Positions 9,325-23,172 are shown, counted from the first letter of the stretch. The stretch is 64,000 nt of DNA from Candidatus Eiseniibacteriota bacterium (GCA_963744995.1 CAVUWA010000002.1:448001-512000), one strand, 5' to 3'. The notes: a model not told the origin generated them from the sequence alone. Translations and numbers: made by a program.

Positions 9325-10158
9325 ATGGCTCAGGTTCCCTTCGTCCCCAGTCCGGCCGGCGTCATCTTCGCCGCAGCGGCCGTCGTGATCGGCGCACCCC
9401 TGTTCGGGGCGGGCCTGCGCGCACTGCGACTCAGGCGCGCGCTGGCCCGGGTTCGCGATGCGCGGCTCGACGAGGCGGCGGACGGGATCGTCCGGACGCA
9501 CGGTCGGGTCGCGCTCGAGAGCCCCCTGTTCACGCCGCTCTCCGATCAGCGCTGCGCGGGGTTCCGGCTCGAGGCGCACGGCGTCGACGTGCCGGTGTCA
9601 CGTGCGATCGAGGACGTACGCCCGTTCCGTCTGATCGACGGCGGTGAAGTCGTTCATGTCGCCGCCGCGCGCGCGCACTGGGACATGCCGCAGACGGCCG
9701 AGCGCGTCCTCGCGCCCGATGAGCCGCTCGCCGAGCGGTTGCTGCACCTGCTGAGCGAGATGCCCGAGGCCGCGTGGCTCCGGCACAGTGGGCGCCGCAT
9801 CCGGCTGGTCGAACGCGCGCTGCTCTCGGGCGCGATGTGTCACGTGACGGGCGAATTCTGCCGGCATCCCCGGGTCGAATGGGCCGCTGAGGTCGAATAC
9901 GCGCGCACCGGTACGGACGATGCGCCGATTCCGGTCGCGACGCTCGTCGCGCAGGCCGGTGACGCGCCGTCCGCGCACATCGAGCCCCTCGCGCACACCG
10001 AGTTCATGGTCGTGAGTCACGAGACGCCGGCCGCAGACGCGGGCCTGCCGCCCGCGCGCAACCTCGCCGGTCTGCTGGCGGGTCCGCTGCTCGGTCTGCT
10101 GGGACTCCTCTATCTGGCGGCCGCCGCGGACTACTGGCGCGCCCTGCGGGCGTTCTGA
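9325..10158 (+). CDS. Membrane protein, divergent GIDE-like domain
   Basis: N- and C-terminal TM helices; layout parallels the next gene (PLFTPLS..C, PFRL.DG, LVERAL..G). Confidence 0.6.
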   Translation: MAQVPFVPSPAGVIFAAAAVVIGAPLFGAGLRALRLRRALARVRDARLDEAADGIVRTHGRVALESPLFTPLSDQRCAGFRLEAHGVDVPVSRAIEDVRPFRLIDGGEVVHVAAARAHWDMPQTAERVLAPDEPLAERLLHLLSEMPEAAWLRHSGRRIRLVERALLSGAMCHVTGEFCRHPRVEWAAEVEYARTGTDDAPIPVATLVAQAGDAPSAHIEPLAHTEFMVVSHETPAADAGLPPARNLAGLLAGPLLGLLGLLYLAAAADYWRALRAF

Positions 10159-10167
10159 GGCCGGCCG

Positions 10168-10965
10168 ATGTACGAGATGCCGCTGTACGCCACGCTCGCC
10201 CTGCTGGGCGGTCTCTACCTGTTCTTCGTGGGCTTTCGCGACCTTCGCCGCCTGCGCCTGATCGAGAACACGCCGACCGCGCGCATCCGCTCCATGGCCA
10301 TGGGGCTCGTCGAGGTGAACGGTGCGATCGAGAGCCGCAGCAACGTGTTCGCCCCGTTCAGCAACCGGCCGTGCGCGTACTGGCAGGTCGAGATCGCGGT
10401 GCGCAACGGCCGCCGCAACAGCTGGTCGACGATCCACCGCAATGCTTCAGGGCAGCCGTTCTATCTGCGCGACGACACGGGGGTCGCGCTGGTGTACCCG
10501 CACGGCGCCGAGTGCAGCGTTCCCCACGCCGTCGAGGAAACTGCAAACGGTCTCATGATGCCCGACTGCTATTCCGATTACATGAAGGAACACGGGCTCT
10601 GGATGCGCTACGTCGCGGGGCTCTCGAGCTTCCGGTTCCGCGAACGGACGCTCGAAGGCGGGGAGCGGGTCTACGTGCTCGGCACGGCCATGCCGCGCGC
10701 CCAGGTGCTGACCGTGTCCGAGATCCAGCTCGCCGCGACCGGCACCGAGGACCTGCGCGCCGAGCGGATCCGCGACCGCGACCACGAGGTCCAGGCGACG
10801 ATCCGTCGCGGCGAGAACGAAAAGACGTTCCTGATCAGCCGCCAGTCCGAGCGGAGCCTGACGATTCAGCTGCGCTGGAAGGCCCCGCTCCATCTGGTGG
10901 GCGGTCCGATTCTGACGGTATTCGGCCTCGGCTGGTGGCTCGTGCACCTCGCCGCGGGCCACTGA
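10168..10965 (+). CDS. GIDE-domain membrane protein
   Basis: LIENTPTARIRSMAMGLVEVNG, PFYLRDDTG, ERTL..GERVYVLG; lies upstream of lemA. Confidence 0.8.
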   Translation: MYEMPLYATLALLGGLYLFFVGFRDLRRLRLIENTPTARIRSMAMGLVEVNGAIESRSNVFAPFSNRPCAYWQVEIAVRNGRRNSWSTIHRNASGQPFYLRDDTGVALVYPHGAECSVPHAVEETANGLMMPDCYSDYMKEHGLWMRYVAGLSSFRFRERTLEGGERVYVLGTAMPRAQVLTVSEIQLAATGTEDLRAERIRDRDHEVQATIRRGENEKTFLISRQSERSLTIQLRWKAPLHLVGGPILTVFGLGWWLVHLAAGH

Positions 10966-11021
10966 TGGCAGCAGATCCCGCGGCCGCGCCGGCCGCCTGA
11001 CCCGGGCACGGGAGGTAAGAG

Positions 11022-11600
11022 ATGCACATCGGAGAAATCGTAGTCACCGCGCTGATCGGCTTCGCGCTCATCGGTGCGATCGGCTACTTCCTGACGATCT
11101 ACAACGGCCTGATTGCGATGAAGAACAACATCGGCAGGTCGTGGGCCAACATCGACGTGCTGCTCAAGCAGCGTCACGACGAGCTGCCGAAGCTGGTGAA
11201 GACCTGCGAGGCCTACATGCAGCACGAGCGCGCCGTCTTCGACAAGCTGAGCGAGGCGCGCGGCGCGGTCATGCAGGCCAGGACCGTCGGCGAGCGCGGC
11301 GCGGCCGAGAACATGCTGACCCGGGCGCTCGGCCAGTTCTTCGCGGTGGCCGAGGCCTACCCGGACCTCAAGGCCAACCAGTCGTTTTTATCCCTTCAGA
11401 ATCGGATCACGGAGATCGAAAACAACATTGCGGACCGGCGCGAGTTCTACAACGACACCGTGACGGTCTTCAATACGCGGATTCTGCAGATCCCGGACGT
11501 GTTCGTGGCCAACTGGCTGAACTTCACGGCCGAGGAGCTGTTCAAGATCGATCCCGCGGACCGCAAGGACGTGGAGATCCAGTTCGCGCAGGCGAGCTAG
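11022..11600 (+). CDS. lemA: LemA family protein
   Basis: YNGL..WANIDVLLKQRHD, AEAYPDLKAN, RREFYND. Confidence 0.95.
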   Translation: MHIGEIVVTALIGFALIGAIGYFLTIYNGLIAMKNNIGRSWANIDVLLKQRHDELPKLVKTCEAYMQHERAVFDKLSEARGAVMQARTVGERGAAENMLTRALGQFFAVAEAYPDLKANQSFLSLQNRITEIENNIADRREFYNDTVTVFNTRILQIPDVFVANWLNFTAEELFKIDPADRKDVEIQFAQAS

Positions 11601-11829
11601 ACGATCTTAGGCACCGGCAGGCTCCACCGCAGGGACGCGGTGAATCCGGTGTTTCGCGAGGCTGGGGCACGGGCTGCGCCGCTCGCGTCGCTCAGGCGAC
11701 GTCGGCGGTGGCGGCTGCGGCCAGCGGCTCGCATCGTGAACGCCCCCGGCAGGGCTGCCGGGGGCTTCGCGTTTTCGGGTCGGGCGGCCGCACGAGGATC
11801 CGTTCGATCCCCGCGTATCGCGCCGCTCC

Positions 11830-14313
<2,484 letters not shown>

Positions 14314-14346
14314 CGATGGCTCCCGATCCGCGCGGGGCGGATCCGG

Positions 14347-14796
14347 CTAGGGTGTCTCGTGCTCTTCGACCGGGACCTCGCGCCGCGCCGGCGCGGGTTT
14401 CGGCGCCAGCTCGATCTCGAGCATGCCGCCCCTGAACTGCGCGTTCACCCGCTCGGGATCGGCGGCCCAGGGCAGCTCGATCACGCGGCGGAAGTCGCCG
14501 AAGTAGATCTCGGCCCGGTGGTAGTGTGCCTCCGCGGGCTCGACCGGCGGCTGGCGCCGCCCGCTGACTTCGAGCTTCCGCCCGCGCAGCGTGACCCGCA
14601 CACTCGACTGCGGCACGCCCGCCAGTTCGATCATGATCCGCGCGCTCTCGGGCGACACCACGAGGTCCGCCGCGGGCGACCACGGCGCCTCGGCGAAGTG
14701 CGCGGAAGGATGACGGTGATAAACGAGGTCGTGGAACAGGCGCTCGACCTCGCGCTGCATGTGACCGAAGGGATCGTCGTCTTGCCTGGACATCAT
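14347..14796 (-). CDS. Hsp20/alpha-crystallin small heat shock protein
   Basis: ELAGV..YHRAEIYFGDFRRVIELP..A.F.GGMLEI; upstream of lon. Confidence 0.9.
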   Translation of the reverse strand: MMSRQDDDPFGHMQREVERLFHDLVYHRHPSAHFAEAPWSPAADLVVSPESARIMIELAGVPQSSVRVTLRGRKLEVSGRRQPPVEPAEAHYHRAEIYFGDFRRVIELPWAADPERVNAQFRGGMLEIELAPKPAPARREVPVEEHETP

Positions 14797-14891
14797 GGAC
14801 TCCGGAGCGGCTCCGAGACGTGCCGTGAGCCTAACGGAGCCCTCCGGGCCCGGCAAACGCGGTACTCCGGAGCGTGCGGAGCCGGGGGGAC

Positions 14892-15074
14892 TCAGTAGCT
14901 CTGCGTCCAGGTATGGATGCGACCGGTGACCTTGAGATTCTGCAGCCGCACGGTCTCGAGAAACGCGCCGGTGTTGGGCCAGCTGTGCTTGCCGCACGAG
15001 CAGACGATGCGGCCATTGGGCTTCTCGATGACGTTGCAGGCCTTACCGTCGTGTTCCTTGCAGAACGGACACAT
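14892..15074 (-). CDS. 60-aa Cys/His-rich putative zinc-binding protein
   Basis: AAGGAG RBS; MCPFCKEH..C..CSCGKHSW. Confidence 0.7.
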   Translation of the reverse strand: MCPFCKEHDGKACNVIEKPNGRIVCSCGKHSWPNTGAFLETVRLQNLKVTGRIHTWTQSY

Positions 15075-15104
15075 CGATGGGCTCCTTGGCAGACGGGGGC
15101 GCCG

Positions 15105-15133
15105 AGCGTAGCGCGGCGCGCGGGCTGCGGCAA
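15105..15133 (-). promoter_or_regulatory. Putative sigma70 promoter for the Cys-rich gene/hsp20/lon
   Basis: Minus strand TTGCCG-N17-TACGCT. Confidence 0.4.
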
Positions 15134-15174
15134 ACGGGCACCCACGGCGCAACCGCCGCCTGTCGCGCCCGCCC

Positions 15175-16523
<1,349 letters not shown>

Positions 16524-16527
<4 letters not shown>

Positions 16528-16847
16528 GCGCGGCCCTGCTTCTCGAGCTCCTTCTCGATCATGGCGCGTACGGCCATCGCGTTGGCGAAGCCGAGCGTCG
16601 TGATCGCGAGCAGACCGACGTGGCGGATCGCATCCACACTGGCGCCGGCTTCGAGCGCGCGGCGCACGTGCGCGTGAATCGCGCCCTCGCTGCGCGTGCC
16701 GGCGGCGAGACCGAGCTTGATCAGCTGCGCCTCGACGTCAGTCAGCGGACCGGCCCGCCTGACCGCTTCGCCGAGGGCCTCGTAGGACGCGATCACGTCC
16801 GGGTGCGCGGTGCGCAGGGCTTCATAGAATCCGGGTCGTTTCGACAT
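16524..16847 (-). CDS. Carboxymuconolactone decarboxylase (AhpD-like) family protein
   Basis: GPL..QLIKLGLA...EGAIHAHVRRALEAG; GAGG RBS. Confidence 0.85.
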
Positions 16848-16896
16848 GTGATCCTCGCGGGGGCCATGGGCGTTCGTGGGCGCGGCTGAGCGTATC

Positions 16897-17793
16897 ATGA
16901 AGCCGATGCGGTCCATGACGGCGGACATGGGGAATGCGTGGCGCGCGGGCGCGCGGGCGGAATGGCTCGCGGCCTGGCGGGTGCGCGAGGTGCCGGCGGC
17001 GGCGGGCGTCCTGACGTGTGTGGATGCCGGCACGGGCCCGCCGCTCGTGCTGCTGCCGCCGCTGCCCGGATTCAAGGAGGCATTCGCGCCTTGCGCGCAC
17101 CTGCTCGTACGCACGTTCCGGGTGATCGCTCCCGATCTGCGCGCGCGCTTTCCGGGCGGCCTCGCGCAGTCGGCGCGCTGGTCGCTGCTGGTGCGCGACC
17201 TCGAACACCTCTGTGACGCGCTCGGGCTCGAACGCGTGGCAGTGGCCGGCCACTCGCTCGGCGGCGCGCTCGCCCAGCACTGGGCGCTCGAGCGGCCGGA
17301 CCGGATTCGGGCGCTGGTGCTGTCGAGCGCGTTCGCGCGGGTGACGACGCCGCGCGGTGCGCGCCTCGCGCGCTACGTCGAGCAGCCCCTGGTGATCGGC
17401 TCACAACGCCTGCTGCCGCGCGGCGCCGCGCTGGCGATCGCGCGCCGGCTGGCGCCGCGGGGCGGCTGGGTCTACGACCCGCTCTGCGACCGGCCCGTGC
17501 TGGAGCTGGTGCGCGCCGCGATCCGCGCGTGCCCGGTGCGGCTCGCGGCGGGACGCGTCACCCTGGCCCTCGCGCACGACACGCATACGCGGCTCGCCGC
17601 GCTGCGCCCGCCCGTCCGCCTGCTGGTGGGGGAGCGCGACACGGCGTTCGCACGCGCGGCCGCGCAGGCGCTCGTCCGGAGTCTGCCGGCCGCGAAGATC
17701 GAAGTCTCGCCCGGCGCCGGTCATCTGCACCCGCTCTCCCGGCCCGCCTGGTTCGCCGGGCGGATCGCGGCGTTCGCGGCCGCCCACCCGTGA
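16897..17793 (+). CDS. Alpha/beta fold hydrolase
   Basis: GHSLGG nucleophile elbow, GERD, GAGH; start codon uncertain. Confidence 0.85.
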   Translation: MKPMRSMTADMGNAWRAGARAEWLAAWRVREVPAAAGVLTCVDAGTGPPLVLLPPLPGFKEAFAPCAHLLVRTFRVIAPDLRARFPGGLAQSARWSLLVRDLEHLCDALGLERVAVAGHSLGGALAQHWALERPDRIRALVLSSAFARVTTPRGARLARYVEQPLVIGSQRLLPRGAALAIARRLAPRGGWVYDPLCDRPVLELVRAAIRACPVRLAAGRVTLALAHDTHTRLAALRPPVRLLVGERDTAFARAAAQALVRSLPAAKIEVSPGAGHLHPLSRPAWFAGRIAAFAAAHP

Positions 17794-17828
17794 CCGCGCG
17801 GTCGCGGGCGTGATAGCGTCGCGCGCCC

Positions 17829-19094
17829 ATGTCCACCGCCCTCACGGCCATTTCGTTCCGCTTCCGCGCGCTCAAACACCGCAATTTCAGACTGTTCTGG
17901 AACGGACAGCTGATCTCGCTGGCGGGCACGTGGATGCAGAGCGTCGCGCAGCTCTGGCTGATGCACCGCCTGAGTCACTCCGCGTTCATGCTCGGCCTGC
18001 TGACCTTCATGCAGTTCGTGCCGGTGCTGGCGTTCTCGCTCTGGGCGGGCGTGATCGCCGACCGCGTCGACAAGCGCCGCTTCCTGATCGTGACGCAGAC
18101 GGCGGCGATGGTGCAGGCGGTGATTCTCGCCACGCTGACGTCGTTCGGGATCATCACGCCGTCGATGCTGCTCGCGCTCGCGCTGGCGTTCGGGATCATC
18201 AACGCTTTCGATCTGCCGGCGCGGCAGGCGTTCGTGTTCGACCTGGTCGGCAAGGACGACCTGCCGAACGCGATCGCGCTCAACTCCGCCGCCTTCAACA
18301 CCGCACGCATCTTCGGCCCGGCGGTGGCCGGCATCATCGTCGCGCTCGGCAACGAGGCCTGGTGCTTCTGGATCAATGCGATCACGTTCATCGCGGTGAT
18401 CTGGAGCCTGCATCGCATCGAACCGGGCCCGCGCCCGGCGCCCGCCGGAGATTCGGGCGTCTTCGAGCGCATGGCCGAGGGGCTCGCGTACGTCCGCCGC
18501 GTGCCGTCGATCCGCAACCTGCTCGTGCTGCTCGGCATTGCCGGCGGGCTGGGGTTCCAGTACATGGTGCTGCTGCCGATCTATGCGAGCGACATCCTGC
18601 ACGCCGGCGCCGAGGCATACGGCCTGCTGGTGACGTCGTTCGGCGTTGGCTCGCTGATCGCCGCGGGGTGGATGACGCGGCAGCTGGACCGCTGGGGCCT
18701 GCGCCGCAACCTGCTGATCGGGCTGTCGAGCGCAGCGATCGGCCTCGGCCTGTTCGCCTGGTCGCGGACGCTGGCGCTCTCGCTCGGCATGGGTCTCGCG
18801 ACGGGCTTCGGCCTGATCCTCTACGTCGCGAGCACGAACACCCTGTTGCAGCTCACGACCGAAGATCACTTCCGCGGCCGCGTCATGAGTTTCTACACGC
18901 TCATGGTGATCGGCACCGCGCCGATAGGCGCGATCCTCTCCGGCAGCCTCGCCCAGTGGTTCGGCGCGCCGGTGGCGACGAGCGTGTCCGCCTTCGTTCT
19001 GCTCGGCGCCGCGACGTGGATCTTCTTCCGTCTGCGCGTGCTCGCCGCGCGCGAGGCCGCGCAGCCGACCGAGCCGGTCTGGGGCGAACGCTAG
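17829..19094 (+). CDS. MFS transporter (MFS_3/DHA3-like)
   Basis: NFRLFW.GQ.IS..GTWMQ, GVIADRVDKRR, about 12 TM segments. Confidence 0.93.
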   Translation: MSTALTAISFRFRALKHRNFRLFWNGQLISLAGTWMQSVAQLWLMHRLSHSAFMLGLLTFMQFVPVLAFSLWAGVIADRVDKRRFLIVTQTAAMVQAVILATLTSFGIITPSMLLALALAFGIINAFDLPARQAFVFDLVGKDDLPNAIALNSAAFNTARIFGPAVAGIIVALGNEAWCFWINAITFIAVIWSLHRIEPGPRPAPAGDSGVFERMAEGLAYVRRVPSIRNLLVLLGIAGGLGFQYMVLLPIYASDILHAGAEAYGLLVTSFGVGSLIAAGWMTRQLDRWGLRRNLLIGLSSAAIGLGLFAWSRTLALSLGMGLATGFGLILYVASTNTLLQLTTEDHFRGRVMSFYTLMVIGTAPIGAILSGSLAQWFGAPVATSVSAFVLLGAATWIFFRLRVLAAREAAQPTEPVWGER

Positions 19095-19119
19095 CCCGTG
19101 CTCCGGCGGCCGCCGGCGT

Positions 19120-20193
19120 TCACGCGAAGCGTTCGGCGCCGCTCTCGCGCCCTGCCGCCGCGCGCGGGCGCAGCGCGGCGAACTCGCGTTCGAACAGCGC
19201 GCGCGTCCCGCGATCGCTGCGCACCCTGAGCAGCGCCTGGAATGCCAGGCCCCAGAGCGCGTGGCGCGGCAGGCGCGGGCGCCGCGGGCCCCACGGGAAG
19301 CCGGGCTCGGACCGGGTCGCGCGCAGCGAGCCGAGCGCCCACAGGGAGGGCCAGACGCAGAACAGCCGGTAGCGCGCGAAACGGGCGGGGAAGAGCGTGA
19401 CGTAGTCCGGCACGCGCTGGAGCGCGGCCATGGCCAGAGACTCGAGGCGCGCCGCGATCGCGCGCACGCCGGGCCGCTCGGCGCCGGTCAGCTCGTGCGG
19501 GGCGAGCCCGTGCGCCGCGAGCCATTCCGCCGGCAGGTGGCAGCGGCCGCGGCGCAGGTCCACCGGCCAGTCGAGCAGGATGTTGGTGAGCTGCAGCGCT
19601 TCGCCGACCACCGGCGCCAGCGCCATGCGCTGCGCCTCCGTCGCCCGGTCCGCCGGCGCCCGCAGGCGCGCGAGCCGGGTGAGCATCTCGCCGACGCAGC
19701 CGGCGACCACGTAACAGTACTCGTGCAGCTCGGCTTCCGTATCGAGGTAGGGCGCGTCCGGAGCGCGTGCCGCCGCGCGCGCCGCGAAGCGCCGCATTCC
19801 GGTCGCCATGGTGCGCACCGCGTCCTCGAGCGGCGCGCGCACGGGCCCGGGCAGCGAGCGGTAGGCGCGCCACACGTGCGGATAGTGCGCGACGAGCCGC
19901 AGGTCCTCGCGCCCGCCCTTCACCCCGCCCGCTTCGCGGGCGATGCGCTCCGCCGCCTCCGCATCGCCGCCGATGGCGCGCAACATGACGTCGAAGCGCG
20001 TCTCGATGTCGGCCGCCCGCCCGGGCCAGGAGTCCTCCAGCGTGTCGGCCGCACGGCACATGAGGTAGCCGATCCGCACCGCATCGCCGAAATCACCGGT
20101 GAGCAGCCGGATGTTGAGCGCGAACGTGCGCGACACGTGCGGCAGGACCTCGCGGCAGTAGCGGAGGTCGGCTTCACTGGCGATCACGGTCAT
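19120..20193 (-). CDS. Squalene/phytoene synthase family protein (SQS-like)
   Basis: VSRTFAL, DTLED, YCYVVAGCVG, LQLTNIL.D...D. Confidence 0.88.
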   Translation of the reverse strand: MTVIASEADLRYCREVLPHVSRTFALNIRLLTGDFGDAVRIGYLMCRAADTLEDSWPGRAADIETRFDVMLRAIGGDAEAAERIAREAGGVKGGREDLRLVAHYPHVWRAYRSLPGPVRAPLEDAVRTMATGMRRFAARAAARAPDAPYLDTEAELHEYCYVVAGCVGEMLTRLARLRAPADRATEAQRMALAPVVGEALQLTNILLDWPVDLRRGRCHLPAEWLAAHGLAPHELTGAERPGVRAIAARLESLAMAALQRVPDYVTLFPARFARYRLFCVWPSLWALGSLRATRSEPGFPWGPRRPRLPRHALWGLAFQALLRVRSDRGTRALFEREFAALRPRAAAGRESGAERFA

Positions 20194-20389
20194 GGCGCGT
20201 GAGCCTAGCCCGATCCTTTCACGAGCCGCCAGCGGCGAATCGGGGCGGCCGTGCCGGATCGGGCTTTTCGCAACGCCAGGGCCGCCGGGGGCGCCCCCCC
20301 GGGGCCGCGGTTTCGGCCTGCGATTTTCCCCGCGCAATGCCGCTCAAAATCCGGCACGATGACGCCGAAAACGAAGGGGAAGGATCCCC

Positions 20390-22255
20390 ATGAACCCACG
20401 CCTCTCGAGCGCCATCCGCATGCTGACCGCCGTCCTCGCCGCCGGCGTCGTCAGTGTCACGCTCGCCGCCCGCCCGGCGGCGGCCCAGGACTTCCCGCGC
20501 CTCGCCCTGTACGGCGACGTCTACTACGACGGGTACCCGGTGCTCGACGCGTTCGGCAATCCGGACCCCGTGAATCTCGATCGTATCGCCCGCTATCACG
20601 TGGTGGTCCTCGACCCCTATCCGATCACGCCGTATCACGCCGACGTCGCGGCGATGCTGCGCGCACGGAATGCGAGCATCGAGCTGCTCGGCTACGTGAA
20701 CGGTCAGTGGACGTGGAACCCAACGTTCCCGGACTCGCTCAACAACTTCCCGATGCAGTACAAAAAGGTCGTCCGCGATCTCGACGGATACCTCTACAAC
20801 CAGTACGGCGAGATCTTCGGCTCCCGGGTCGAGGTCTTCGTGAACGTGAATCTGGCAAAGCGCGACGCCGCGGGGCGGTTCGTCGTCGCGGAAGCGCTGG
20901 CCGACCTGTTCTACAACGAACTCTACGCGAGCGGGACCTGGGACGGCCTGTTCATCGACACGTTCTGCGACGACATCGACTGGGCGCAGTCGTACGGCGA
21001 GACCATCGACTACGTGCGCGCCGGCTATCCGGACTGGAACTCGTTCGCCGCGGCCTGGCGCGCGGGCGTCGACACGCTCGCGAGCCGCACCCGCCGGCTG
21101 TGCGGGGACGCCGCAATCATGGTCGGCAACTGCGGCCTCAACACGAACTACACGGTCTTCAACGGCTGGATGCGCGAGCGGTTCCCGTTCCAGGGCGGCG
21201 GCAACTGGTACGAGAACATGTTCCGCGATCCGGGCGGCTACTTCGTGGACGAGGCCCGGCACCGCGCGCCGACCCACAATCTCATCTTCGGTGCCATCGG
21301 GCCCGGCGTGAACCCGTATGCGGCGGACGGCAACCGGATCGAACGCTTCACGCTCGGCAGCACGGCGCTCGGCGACGGCTATGCGGTGGTCAGCGTGCCC
21401 GGCCGGCATACGCGCAGCGAGGACGCCTTCAAGTGGTGGTTCGACGAGTACGCGGTGGACCTCGCGACCGGGCTCGCCGCGAGCGACGTCGCGCACACCG
21501 GCTGGCTCGGCCAGGCGCTCGGGGCCGCGCATCAGATGGTGTGGGTCGGCCAGAATCCGGATGCGGTCGGCAATCCGGACTTCGAGACGGATCTGTCCGG
21601 CTGGACCCTCAACACCAATATCGGTTCGACGCTGCTGCGTGACGTCACGACGGCCGGCTCCGGCGCGGCCTCCGCGCACGTGACCGTGCCCGTCGCCGGA
21701 ACCGTGTCGTACGCGACGACGATGCAAACCACCGGCTCGATTCCGCTGTCGGCGGGACAGCCCTACGCCGCCACGTTCTGGGCCAAGGCCGACCGGCCAC
21801 GCAGCGCGTACGTCACCGCCGGCCGCCTGAGCGGCGGCGGTAGCTACGGATCCCGTCGATTCGATCTCAGCACCGCATGGCAGCGCTACCAGATGATCAT
21901 CATTCCCACCGAGTCCGGCACGGCCACTCTGCAGCTCTTCGTCGGCGGCGAAGCCGGCGACGTGTGGGTGGACGACGTGCACTTCCAGCAGGGCGTCACC
22001 AACCTCTGGCGTCGCGACTTCCAGAACGGCATCGTGCTGGTCAATCCCGCCGCGACCGCGATGACCGTACCGCTCGAGCGCGAGTACCGGCGCATCCAGG
22101 GCGTCACGGATCCGCTCGTGAACGACGGCGCGATCGTCACCCAGATCACGGTGCCGCCGAGCGACGCACGCTTCCTGATCGGCAGCGACCAGATCGGGCC
22201 GGCCGCGGTCAACGATCTGCGACCGCTCCCGCCGGGCGCCCCCGGCATCCCCTGA
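20390..22255 (+). CDS. Secreted putative glycoside hydrolase with an inserted CBM4/9-like domain
   Basis: Signal peptide; WDGLFID, GWMRE; NPDFE..W..TFWAKAD..W..Y..WVDDV CBM pattern; WRRDFQNGIVLVNP. Confidence 0.7.
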   Translation: MNPRLSSAIRMLTAVLAAGVVSVTLAARPAAAQDFPRLALYGDVYYDGYPVLDAFGNPDPVNLDRIARYHVVVLDPYPITPYHADVAAMLRARNASIELLGYVNGQWTWNPTFPDSLNNFPMQYKKVVRDLDGYLYNQYGEIFGSRVEVFVNVNLAKRDAAGRFVVAEALADLFYNELYASGTWDGLFIDTFCDDIDWAQSYGETIDYVRAGYPDWNSFAAAWRAGVDTLASRTRRLCGDAAIMVGNCGLNTNYTVFNGWMRERFPFQGGGNWYENMFRDPGGYFVDEARHRAPTHNLIFGAIGPGVNPYAADGNRIERFTLGSTALGDGYAVVSVPGRHTRSEDAFKWWFDEYAVDLATGLAASDVAHTGWLGQALGAAHQMVWVGQNPDAVGNPDFETDLSGWTLNTNIGSTLLRDVTTAGSGAASAHVTVPVAGTVSYATTMQTTGSIPLSAGQPYAATFWAKADRPRSAYVTAGRLSGGGSYGSRRFDLSTAWQRYQMIIIPTESGTATLQLFVGGEAGDVWVDDVHFQQGVTNLWRRDFQNGIVLVNPAATAMTVPLEREYRRIQGVTDPLVNDGAIVTQITVPPSDARFLIGSDQIGPAAVNDLRPLPPGAPGIP

Positions 22256-22328
22256 GCGAGCCCGCCGCAGCGGCTTCGGCCGCCGCGTGGGCGCGCGCCG
22301 CACCCGACCGCCCCCGACCACCGGCGGA

Positions 22329-22362
22329 TTGACACAGGATCGTAAATAGAACTACAGTTCTA
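22329..22362 (+). promoter_or_regulatory. sigma70 promoter overlapped by a palindromic operator
   Basis: TTGACA (22329)-N18-TACAGT; perfect inverted repeat TAGAACT-AC-AGTTCTA at 22347-22362. Confidence 0.7.
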
Positions 22363-22439
22363 GTTCTGCACCGGGGGCGTCATCTTCCCCGGGGGGACCG
22401 CCATGAGGCGGCCTCCCGTCACGACTCTGGAGGTCGCCC

Positions 22440-23172
22440 ATGAACGCCGTCCCGCCGGCCGCTGCCGTTCGCGTCCAGCGTAAGCCCCCTCCGCGACGTG
22501 CTCGAGGTCGCGGTCGTTCTGCTGCTCATCGCCGCCACCGGTCTCTGGAGCCAGCGGATCGGCGATGCCACCCCCGCCGGCGCATTCGTCGGCTGGGCCG
22601 GCATCATGGGCGCGGCTGCGTGTGCGATCTGGCTGCAGCGGCGCCGCGGCGGCTCGCTGCGTGACTTCGGCCTCGGACGGCCGCAGCGCTGGGGACGGAC
22701 CGTGCTGCTCGCGGTGGCGGCCGGTGCGTTCGTGTTGATCGTGGGTGGACTGCTGCTGCAGGTGCTGATCGCCGGGCTGGGCCTCACGCCGCCCGACGCC
22801 AGCCGCTTCCGTGACATTCTCTCCACGGGGGCCGGGCTCGCCCTCGGCCTGCTCTCGGTGTGGACGTCGGCGGCATTCGGCGAGGAAATCGTCATGCGCG
22901 GCTTCGCGCTCTCGCGTCTCGCGGCGGCGTTCGGCGGCGGGCGCGGCGCCTGGATCCTGAGCCTGGTCGTCGGCTCGGCGGCGTTCGGGGCGCTGCACGC
23001 CTACCAGGGCGCGAGCGGCATGCTCGTCACGGGCGTTGCCGGCCTGCTGCTCGGAACGGCGTTCCTCATCGTCCGCCGCAATCTCTGGGTCGTGGTGATC
23101 GCGCACGGCCTGGTGGACACGCTGTCGTTCGTGAGCATGTTCCTCGCGCTCCGGGGTGGCCATGGCGGATGA
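22440..23172 (+). CDS. CPBP (Abi/CAAX-like) intramembrane metalloprotease; probable 1-nt frameshift in the C5 run at 22485-22489
   Basis: EEIVMRG, FGALH, AHG..D motifs; the GGAGG-ATG at 22440 joins the frame if one C is removed. Confidence 0.82.
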
